This document shows, piece by piece, positions 8,166-15,534 of a stretch of 25,455 bases of DNA. The stretch is from a candidate division WOR-3 bacterium (GTDB taxonomy: Bacteria; Hydrothermota; Hydrothermia; LBFQ01). Every line of letters begins with the position of its first letter. Within the stretch, counting starts at the first letter, position 1. Where the stretch lies: contig JALUCS010000125.1 in NCBI GenBank assembly GCA_027050205.1, forward strand, positions 1 through 25,455, written 5' to 3'. The position numbers and the translations under genes are program-made. Under the pieces are notes generated by a model. That model saw nothing but the letters and a program-made list of their open reading frames with translations, did no database searches and was not told the origin of the DNA.

Positions 8166-9680
8166 CTAGAAGACGACCACCCGCCGGGTTCCATCGCCCG
8201 TCCTGACGACGTAGGAGCCGGGCGGTAGGGCCACCTCCCTCTTACCCTTCACCTCACCCTCGGCCACCTTCCTACCGGAGGTGGTGAAGACGGCGTACTT
8301 GCCCCTACCCAGTAGGGTTATACCACCCTTCCCGGCGGATACCTCCAAGGCCTCCGCAGTAGGGACCTCCTCGGTAGCCGTGGGGTCGTCCCAGGCGGAC
8401 CTACAGGTGCCGTAGACGGAGGAGGTGAAGACGGACATTATGGGGGAGTCGTACTCGCCGCGGAGGATGAAGTCCACGCAGGTGTCCCCATTTACGTCGG
8501 CGAGGACGGAGTACCCGGAGCCGAAGGGGCCGCTGCCGTAGGTGTGCTGCCAGAGGCGGGTACCGGTGGAGGCATCTATCACGTTGAGCCTGCCGTCGTG
8601 GTCGTTGTAGAGGATCTCGTAGCCGGGGTTGGTCATCTCAAACTCACCTACGGTGATGGGAGCTGGGCTGTGGGTCTCAACGAGGGATGAGACGGACCAG
8701 ATGGTGGAACCGTCGGCCCCGCTTATGGCTTTGAGGGCGGGGGAGGTACCGTAGGCGCTCTGGAAGGCGTCCTTTACGCCGTCGCCGTTTATGTCCCAAC
8801 CTATAACCGGGGACTCGTGGGCATCGCTGGAGAAGTACATACCGAGATAGACGTTCCATATCACGGTGCCGTCCTCGTTCACCCTGTACATATTGTCCTC
8901 CGTCGCTACGATGATGTCGTAGGCCCCGTCTCCGTCTATGTCATCAACGGCGGGGGAGTTGGGGTAGTCCCCGGAGAGAGATACGCTCCAGAGGGAGGAG
9001 CCGTTCAGACCGTTGAGGGCGACGAGCCTCCTGGATACGTCGTCGGATACTATCACGTCGGGGTAGCCGTCGTGGTTTACGTCTGCTATTACCGGGACGG
9101 TGCTACGGGCATAGGCCGAGGAGGAGCTCCAGACCGGTGAGCCGTCGTTCCCCCTGTAAGCATACACCCCTCCGGACATAGCCACCACCACGTCTACGTA
9201 GCCGTCGGAGTTGACGTCGGCCAGGCGGGGGGAGCCGTTGTAGGTTGAACCGGACAGGCTGCGGTTCCATATCGTACTGCCATCGGCCCCGTTGAGGACG
9301 TACAGGGTATTGGAGGCCACGACTGCTATCTCTACGGTGCTGGGGTCCCCATCCAAGTCCCCTATGGCCGGCGTGGCGTAGATTACGCTCCCCAGGGACC
9401 TACTCCAGTTGACCGTGCCGTCAGGCCCGTTGAAGCACCACAGTACCCCATCGTCGTCCCCTACGACTATATCGGGGATCCCGTCCCCAGTCACGTCCCC
9501 GACGGCGGGACCGGAGTAAATGCCCGTGGCGGCGGAGAGGGAGACGTTCCAGAGGGGTACGAGGGAGGTATCTCCAGCGAAGTTGGCGGTGACAGGTACC
9601 CTACCCGTACCGCCGTTATCCCTCTTAAATCCGCACCATTGGGATAATGGACATGTCTGCGCTATCGTCAGTATTAGCAT
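8166..9680 (-). CDS. FG-GAP/VCBS and PQQ-like beta-propeller repeat protein with T9SS-type C-terminal sorting domain
   Basis: Repeated SP-x-x-DxxGDGxxD(I/V)(I/V)V and G-x-DG-x-x-x-W units; C-terminus VFTTSGRKV...LPPGSYVVR...RRVVVF. Confidence 0.85.
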   Translation of the reverse strand: MLILTIAQTCPLSQWCGFKRDNGGTGRVPVTANFAGDTSLVPLWNVSLSAATGIYSGPAVGDVTGDGIPDIVVGDDDGVLWCFNGPDGTVNWSRSLGSVIYATPAIGDLDGDPSTVEIAVVASNTLYVLNGADGSTIWNRSLSGSTYNGSPRLADVNSDGYVDVVVAMSGGVYAYRGNDGSPVWSSSSAYARSTVPVIADVNHDGYPDVIVSDDVSRRLVALNGLNGSSLWSVSLSGDYPNSPAVDDIDGDGAYDIIVATEDNMYRVNEDGTVIWNVYLGMYFSSDAHESPVIGWDINGDGVKDAFQSAYGTSPALKAISGADGSTIWSVSSLVETHSPAPITVGEFEMTNPGYEILYNDHDGRLNVIDASTGTRLWQHTYGSGPFGSGYSVLADVNGDTCVDFILRGEYDSPIMSVFTSSVYGTCRSAWDDPTATEEVPTAEALEVSAGKGGITLLGRGKYAVFTTSGRKVAEGEVKGKREVALPPGSYVVRTGDGTRRVVVF

Positions 9681-9688
9681 AGGGTAGA

Positions 9689-9694
9689 ATTATA
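9689..9694 (-). promoter_or_regulatory. -10 box TATAAT, 8 nt before ATG 9680
   Basis: Minus strand reads TATAAT-tctaccct-ATG; no SD. Confidence 0.75.
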
Positions 9695-9863
9695 TAGGAG
9701 AGTTCAGGGAAATTTGGGCTGTATTGCCAAAACGGTTCAAGAAAAATTTTCAGGGTTGAAGTTCATATGCGTTTATAATTCCATTTCAATCCTCATCCGA
9801 TGGACGGGAGGTCTCTCACTTAGTGAGTCATCAATTCGATTAAGGATTTTCATAATATCCCTT

Positions 9864-10040
9864 GTTGGCTACCCCGAACGGTTGGAGCCGGGAAATCGCT
9901 CATTCGGATTTGGATACGGGGCCATGTCGTTTTGACGGACCCTCGGAGAACGCCTTACCCAACCTTGTCGGTATAAAGTCCGTCGTTTAAGTTTGCGTTG
10001 GGTAGGGATGTGAGGTCCCATCCGTCGGTATTGAGCCAAC
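9864..10040. ncRNA. Candidate structured RNA (about 177 nt), family unassigned
   Basis: Nested pairings GTTGGCT(9864-70)/AGCCAAC(10034-40), GACGGA(9934-39)/TCCGTC(10021-26), CCTC/GAGG, CCTTACCCAAC(9953-63)/GTTGGGTAGGG(9997-10007); CATAAT at 9851-56 lies 7 nt upstream. Confidence 0.3.
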
Positions 10041-11028
10041 TATCCTCCGGCCAAGTGCGCATAGGGCTTCTGACATCATTTGAATCGCTGGTGAAAATTT
10101 GATAAAATACAAAATTCCTCATAAAAATGATAAAAATGTGTGTTTATGGTACTGTTGCTTAAAGTTTTAAGTGAGTTTTTGTGGCTACATCCTAAATCTT
10201 TAGAAATTTTTATCTTAGTGAATTTACTCCAAAATTCGTTATTTTCCGCTTGACATGACTGTAGGGCAATTGTGGATTTTGAAAGGTATCCCCTACGCTC
10301 TACTTCCCCAAAAATCAATCCGGGTTCAAGGTTCCGACATCGGTATCCATTGAAAGTGGAGGCATACCCTCAACCGAATACGTCCCCTTAGAGTCAATTC
10401 CATCGTTAAAAGTCGGTATAAAAGTGTCTCACTTTTACATAAATACGTTGAAAAGTGCTACAGTGTGCTGGTGGTGATCACCGATTGTAAATGTGGCCTT
10501 AGGCCGGAGAGAATGGCGCATATCCGTAGGTAAGGTAAATTCAGGTATTACGCCCGTAGAGGGAATTACATCGGTACGTCTCCACCTTTAAAACTGTCCG
10601 ATAGTCGGACTTCGTTATCTCTGTACTTCCCATTAACGAACTTTTCATACCCGAACTCTTCAATTATACTCCATCAGAATACGGAAGGTGGATTTTTGTA
10701 GGGCTTGCTTGGAATGGATTACATACGGAGCGGGTACAATCCCTCATCAGACCTAATATTACGTCCTATTCTACTCTCCATAAAACCACAATGAATGACT
10801 TACATCCTTCACAATTTTGGTACTTTACGAAGAGAACCGTGGGAATTCTTGGAGTCCCCATGGATTAACGGAGGAGTTCTGGTTCATACGAAATATTTTC
10901 ATATCGCAAACATAAAGAATTTTATGCTGGCAATCTCAAATTCCGTTTTAAAAAACTGAATCCACAAACCCCTACCGCGAACTCTGAACCACAACCGGCT
11001 ACACCCTCCTTACGTAGGTCCCTTTAAC

Positions 11029-11046
11029 GGCGACCAAACGGTCGCC
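11029..11046 (-). terminator. GC-rich hairpin just downstream of the CDS ending at 11062
   Basis: GGCGACC-aaac-GGTCGCC perfect 7 bp stem, 15 nt past the stop; no clear U-tract. Confidence 0.5.
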
Positions 11047-11061
11047 TCTGCCGAATTCCCT

Positions 11062-12018
11062 TTACCTAACGATCACCTTCACCACCCTACCGCGGGAGCG
11101 CAGGAAGTATATCCCCGGCTTCAGGCGAACGGTACCCCCACTCTTCAGGTGGACTACAAGGCGGCCGTCGTGGGAGTATATGCTTACGTCCCCTTCAACC
11201 TTCAGTAGGCCACCCCGGTTTAGGGTAAGTTTGGGGAACCCCGCCGGTCTTTCGGCTACGGCCGTTGGGACGTACTCCCATAGCTGATAATCCACGTACC
11301 TGCCAACGAGATAGACGGGAACGGGCAGGGTGTCCCCCGTTAAGGTGTCTATGAGGGTGTAGGTGTTGTAGATGAGGAGGGTATCTATGTTGAGCTGCAC
11401 CATCCCAACGCCCCTGACGTAGCGGAACCGCATATAGTAGTGGTAGAAGAAACGGTTGCAACAGTAGAAGGTGTCCCCCAAATAACCGCTCATAGTGAGG
11501 CGCTGGACGATCTTCATAGGGTAGATATACACCTCAACCGTATCCCCGTTGAGGTAGGTCGTGGTGGCGTAGGAGGTGTCGTAATAGAGGGTATCAAGGA
11601 GGCCATCCACGTCCTCGTCGCCTATGATGAAACGCTCTCCGGGGAAAGTATGGCAGGTATCCAGAGCAGGCCACGTATCGCCGACGGTCAGGGGAAACTT
11701 GAGGATCCGCAGGTAGGCACCCAGAAGGGCGGGCCAGCTACTCGCTCCTCCGAAGTCCACCAAATAGGTGCCGTCGTAGTACGCGTAGGAGGTATCGGGA
11801 TCCATAGAGGGGAAGGATAGGTTATACACCGCGAGTTGGGCCATCTCAACGGGAGTGGAGAAGGTGCAGTGGCTACCCGTCCCATCCCATGGCGATACGG
11901 TCATAACCGTTTCACGGGCGGAGAAGGAACCGCTCATCAGATCCTGTACCGAGTAGTACTTAACGGCTCCTGCCGTGTATCCCCAGTCGCTAAGATCCCC
12001 AAGAAGGAACAGCATCAT
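11062..12018 (-). CDS. Hypothetical secreted protein with T9SS-type C-terminal sorting domain
   Basis: Tyr/Thr/Asp-rich body with ILKFPLTVGDTW and YVRGVGMV; C-terminus VSIYSHDGRLV...LKPGIYFLR...VKVIVR. Confidence 0.8.
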   Translation of the reverse strand: MMLFLLGDLSDWGYTAGAVKYYSVQDLMSGSFSARETVMTVSPWDGTGSHCTFSTPVEMAQLAVYNLSFPSMDPDTSYAYYDGTYLVDFGGASSWPALLGAYLRILKFPLTVGDTWPALDTCHTFPGERFIIGDEDVDGLLDTLYYDTSYATTTYLNGDTVEVYIYPMKIVQRLTMSGYLGDTFYCCNRFFYHYYMRFRYVRGVGMVQLNIDTLLIYNTYTLIDTLTGDTLPVPVYLVGRYVDYQLWEYVPTAVAERPAGFPKLTLNRGGLLKVEGDVSIYSHDGRLVVHLKSGGTVRLKPGIYFLRSRGRVVKVIVR

Positions 12019-12028
12019 AGCCTAATCT

Positions 12029-12835
12029 CTACAGACTGCTATCCGCCGGCGGCAGAGTCCATCCCAACCCCGGTACGACGCTAAGGGATACCTTCAACTT
12101 CGCCCAACCTCCGCTATCCGCCGGCAAAAGCTCCACGGCCCCGTAGTGGTAGCGGTCCCCGAGGTGGAGCCTTACGAGCCTCCTGTGGGTCAGGCGGAAG
12201 CTGTCCTCCCTTACGAAGGGGAAAGGCTCCTCTATCAAGTAGGCCGTGGTCTCCGCAGATACGAAGACGGAGTCGTACCCAAGGGGCCTTATCCATACGT
12301 AGGGGGAGTCGGAGCGGAGACTGAACCGGAATTCGGCCCAGTAGATTTCGTTATCGTAGCACGACCTCTCCCCGCCGCTGAAATACTGGAAGCCCCCACG
12401 GAGGTTGAGGGTGTCGTTTGATGCGGTTTTGACGTAGAACTCCCCGGACTGAACGACGCCGTTCAAATCCAAAAAATCGCCCCCAAGGGCCTGACAGACC
12501 CCCTTCCTCCCGTCAAGGATTACCTCGGCACTGTCGGTGAATACGACGGTCGTATCAAAGACGGCTACCTCTCCTGCGGAACACCTGATCTGTGCGGTGT
12601 CCGGTTCCCCGTCGTAGTTGAAATAACATCCGCCTGGAACACCATCGTTGGCCGTACGGACCACCACGTGAAGTTCGGCCCCTCTGGACGTAAAGGATGG
12701 GTGATAAACGTAGAGCTTAATCCCCCTCACGCAATCCGTCATGTTGAAGAACGCCAAGGAGGATACTACGACCAGGGAGAAGAGGAGTTTTCTGATACCC
12801 CCTTTACGGACCTTACGGATTAGAGATCGTATCAT
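12029..12835 (-). CDS. Hypothetical exported or membrane-anchored protein
   Basis: Basic N-terminus plus hydrophobic stretch LLFSLVVVSSLAFF; beta-rich body with several Cys; fills the gap and has its own -10 box. Confidence 0.7.
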   Translation of the reverse strand: MIRSLIRKVRKGGIRKLLFSLVVVSSLAFFNMTDCVRGIKLYVYHPSFTSRGAELHVVVRTANDGVPGGCYFNYDGEPDTAQIRCSAGEVAVFDTTVVFTDSAEVILDGRKGVCQALGGDFLDLNGVVQSGEFYVKTASNDTLNLRGGFQYFSGGERSCYDNEIYWAEFRFSLRSDSPYVWIRPLGYDSVFVSAETTAYLIEEPFPFVREDSFRLTHRRLVRLHLGDRYHYGAVELLPADSGGWAKLKVSLSVVPGLGWTLPPADSSL

Positions 12836-12844
12836 AACAATAGG

Positions 12845-12850
12845 ATTTTA
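12845..12850 (-). promoter_or_regulatory. -10 box TAAAAT, 9 nt before ATG 12835
   Basis: Minus strand reads TAAAAT-cctattgtt-ATG. Confidence 0.65.
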
Positions 12851-12989
12851 CGGTAGAAACTTCCCGCCGTTAGACTAACATACAAAAGTATTGTAAATGT
12901 TTCAATTTTTGCGACCTTAAGCGGAATATTAGGCGAACATCTACCGACCCCCAAACGCCGCGAGGGACATCCTCCATCAACGTCCCCCG

Positions 12990-12995
12990 TAAAAT
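12990..12995 (+). promoter_or_regulatory. -10 box TAAAAT, 8 nt before the prfB ATG 13004
   Basis: TAAAAT-ttcccctt-ATG; no SD. Confidence 0.75.
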
Positions 12996-13003
12996 TTCCC
13001 CTT

Positions 13004-14093
13004 ATGGTACTGCTGTCCGACATAGAGGACCTTGTCAGGGAGTACGGCAAGATAAGGGGGTATCTTTGACGAGGAGGCCCTGCGTAAGCGGATAGAGGAG
13101 CTGGAGGCGGAGTCCCTGAAGCCGGACTTCTGGTCCGACCGGAGGAGAGCGGGGAAGCTTATGCAGGAGCTCTCCCTCCTCAAGGAGAGGCTCAAGACCT
13201 TCCGGGAGATAGGGGAGAGGCTGGACTACCTACGGGAGGTGTACGAGTTGGCGGAGGAGGACCCGGAGATGGCGGAGGAGGTCCGGAGGGAGTACGAGGA
13301 TATAAGGAGGCTCCTTGAGGAGTTCCAGTTGAAGCTGCTCTTTCGGAGGGAGGAGGACTACCAGAACGCCATCCTTGAGATCCACCCCGGAGCGGGGGGG
13401 ACGGAGAGCCAGGACTGGGCGGAGATGCTCTTGAGGATGTACGTCAGGTGGGCGGAGAGGAGGGGCTACAAGGTCAGCGTCTTGGACTACCAGAAGGGGG
13501 AGGAGGCGGGTATAAAGTCTGCCACCCTCCTCATCCAAGGACCCTACGCCTACGGGTACCTTAAAGGGGAGAAGGGCGTCCATAGGCTCGTCAGGATATC
13601 CCCCTTTGACGCCCAGGGCCGTCGTCATACCTCTTTCGCTGCCGTCGGCGTACTCCCGGAGATGAAGGACGTTGAGGTGGAGATTAAACCGGAGGACCTG
13701 AAGATAGAGACCTTCAGGTCCAGTGGGGCCGGTGGCCAACACGTCAATAAGACGGAGTCGGCCGTACGTATCACCCACATACCGACGGGTATAGTGGTGG
13801 TGATGAGGAGCGAGAGGTCCCAGCACCAGAACAGAGAGAACGCCATGAGGGTCCTCAAGGCCCGCCTATACGAGTACTACCGGCGGAAGCAGGAGGAGAA
13901 GTTGAAGGAGCTGGCCGGTCCCAAGTCCTCCATAGAGTGGGGACACCAGATAAGGTCCTACGTCCTCTACCCCTACAGGTTGGTCAAAGACCACCGGACG
14001 GGCTACGAGACCTCCAACGCCGAAGCCGTACTGGACGGCTACATAGACGAGTTCATAAAGGCCTACCTCTTTCAGACCGGAAAGGACGGGTAG
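13004..14093 (+). CDS. prfB: Peptide chain release factor 2, made via programmed +1 frameshift (join 13004..13066,13068..14093; 362 aa)
   Basis: SPF and GGQ motifs; 21-codon ORF MVLLSDIEDLVREYGKIRGYL ends at CTT-TGA-C and the +1 frame runs open (DEEALRKRIEELE...PDFWSD) into the ORF at 13161. Confidence 0.97.
13055..13070 (+). promoter_or_regulatory. prfB +1 frameshift signal
   Basis: AGGGGG-TAT-CTT-TGA-C: internal SD, 3 nt spacer, slippery codon, UGA. Confidence 0.97.
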
Positions 14094-14108
14094 GACCGAA
14101 GACAGCCG

Positions 14109-14684
14109 ATGTTCAAACGCCCGTGGCTCCTCCTTCCCATCCTCCTCGTCTCCTGTAAGGGGAGGGTGGACCGCTTCCCCTACGGTAAGGGCTACACCTT
14201 CGTAAATCGCTGGGGAGACACCGTCCGGTTGGACTCCCTCCGGGGCCGTACCCTCGTCGTGACGTACTTCTACACCCACTGCCCCGACGCCTGCCCCCTC
14301 ACGATGGGCAACCTCAAGCGGCTCTACTCCACCCTCCCGGAGGACGTAAGGGGGAAGGTAACGTTCGTGGCCGTCAGTCTGGACCCGGAGAGGGACACCC
14401 CTCCCGTCCTTAGGGAGTACGCCCGGCTCTACCGCATAGACTCCTCCGGTTGGCTCTTCCTGACGGGAGACCCTAAGGAGATACGCCGTTTCATAAGGGA
14501 GGTGGGGGTGATAGCCGTAAAGGGTAAGGTTAGGGTGACCCCCAGGGGCGATACGGTGTATTTCCTAACCCACACCGACTACGTCCACGTCGTCTCCCCC
14601 GATGGCCGTATCCTGTACGTAGGGGACGGTGAGAGGCTGGACCTGAAGAAGGCCCGCCAGAGCGTACTCTCCTCCCTGCCTTAG
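14109..14684 (+). CDS. SCO1/SenC family copper chaperone lipoprotein
   Basis: Lipobox LLVS-C, YTHCPDACP (CxxxC), VSLDPERDTP, WLFLTG, conserved His in THTD. Confidence 0.93.
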   Translation: MFKRPWLLLPILLVSCKGRVDRFPYGKGYTFVNRWGDTVRLDSLRGRTLVVTYFYTHCPDACPLTMGNLKRLYSTLPEDVRGKVTFVAVSLDPERDTPPVLREYARLYRIDSSGWLFLTGDPKEIRRFIREVGVIAVKGKVRVTPRGDTVYFLTHTDYVHVVSPDGRILYVGDGERLDLKKARQSVLSSLP

Positions 14685-14687
14685 AAT
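14682..14687 (+). promoter_or_regulatory. -10 box TAGAAT whose first three bases are the SCO stop codon
   Basis: TAG(stop)AAT-agcggggagg-ATG 14698. Confidence 0.7.
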
Positions 14688-14697
14688 AGCGGGGAGG

Positions 14698-15507
14698 ATG
14701 TTTGCCCTTGAGTTCCTGAACTTCGCATACAACGTCGGGGAGTTCGCCTCCCGGAGTGAGGTCTTCTACCAGTCCCCATTCAACCCCCTCGCCCCCGGAA
14801 AAGGTGTGGGTGTAGGTCTGGCCAGTGGGACGGTTCCGGGGGACCTCTTCGGCGGGATAACCCTCGGCTACTCCCCCTTCTCCCTCTCCCTCAAGGCTTA
14901 CCGTTCCGGGGACATACTCATCACTACCTTGCCCGACACCTCATCCCCCCCTTCCGAGGACAACCCCCCGGAGGTCGTAGACCGGGTAAAGTTCGGGGCG
15001 TACGAGGGTAGGGTATCCGTTGCGAAGCCCATCGGGAAGGTCAAACTATCTACAGCCGTTAAGGTCATATACGCCGGGGCCGGGAAGTACGGCAGGGGCG
15101 TAGGGGGTGGTCTGGACGCCTCCCTCCTCTACTCCCCTCTCTCCCGTACGGACGTCTATCTCGGTCTGTACAACCTCCTTACCTCCCCCGTAGTCTGGAG
15201 TACGGGTAAGAGGGAGCTGGCCCTCCCGACGGCCGACTTGAGACTCCGCCTTAGGGCCTTCGGCACCACCTACCTGATTCTGGGAGGGGAGTACGTACCG
15301 GACGGTAGGGGGTTCTCCTTCCTGCGGGACGGTTTCCTCGCCCTCCGTGCGGAGGTGTGGAGGTTGAGCGTGTTCGGTGGCCTCGTTGAGGGTAAGGGGA
15401 GGCTCGGCATCTCCTACAGGCACAGGGGGACCACCTTCTCCTTCGGCACCTCCTACCACTACGATTTTGGCTACTCCTTCCTCGGTAGCGTCTCCTTCGG
15501 CCTGTGA
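14698..15507 (+). CDS. Outer-membrane beta-barrel protein, PorV/PorQ-like
   Basis: Amphipathic strands; GVGGGLDASLLY...YLGLYNLL pattern; C-terminal DFGYSFLGSVSFGL. Confidence 0.6.
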   Translation: MFALEFLNFAYNVGEFASRSEVFYQSPFNPLAPGKGVGVGLASGTVPGDLFGGITLGYSPFSLSLKAYRSGDILITTLPDTSSPPSEDNPPEVVDRVKFGAYEGRVSVAKPIGKVKLSTAVKVIYAGAGKYGRGVGGGLDASLLYSPLSRTDVYLGLYNLLTSPVVWSTGKRELALPTADLRLRLRAFGTTYLILGGEYVPDGRGFSFLRDGFLALRAEVWRLSVFGGLVEGKGRLGISYRHRGTTFSFGTSYHYDFGYSFLGSVSFGL

Positions 15508-15517
15508 GGGACGACCT

Positions 15518-15523
15518 TAGAAT
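15518..15523 (+). promoter_or_regulatory. -10 box TAGAAT, 11 nt before ATG 15535
   Basis: ctTAGAAT-acggggggagt-ATG. Confidence 0.65.
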
Positions 15524-15534
15524 ACGGGGGGAGT

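Larger units (their letters stand above)
9681..11061. other. About 1.4 kb AT-rich non-coding island
   Basis: Visibly AT-richer than the flanks, no ORF over 80 aa, atypical codon usage, A-tracts and several palindromes; other intergenic gaps are mostly under 50 nt. Confidence 0.85.

Noticed and set aside
10250..10255. Perfect -35 TTGACA
   Set aside because: No TAnnnT hexamer at 16-18 nt spacing downstream
9714..10318. 73 aa (9714-9935, +) and 80 aa (10076-10318, -) ORFs in the island
   Set aside because: TTG starts, atypical codon usage, no motifs; likely chance ORFs
10725..10750. Hammerhead-like core on the minus strand (CTGATGA-GGG-attgta-CCC-G)
   Set aside because: The required GAAA after stem II is absent (reads GCTC)
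9681..11061. CRISPR array, IS element, tRNA, rRNA or tmRNA in the island
   Set aside because: No regularly spaced direct repeats, no transposase remnant and no diagnostic RNA motifs recognised
12869..12906. GTTAGACTAACATACAAAAGTATTGTAAAT followed by GTTTCAAT, reminiscent of CRISPR repeat ends
   Set aside because: Single copy in a 170 nt divergent promoter region; better explained as AT-rich promoter DNA
13004..13160. prfB as a frameshifted pseudogene or sequencing error
   Set aside because: The break is exactly the canonical programmed frameshift motif
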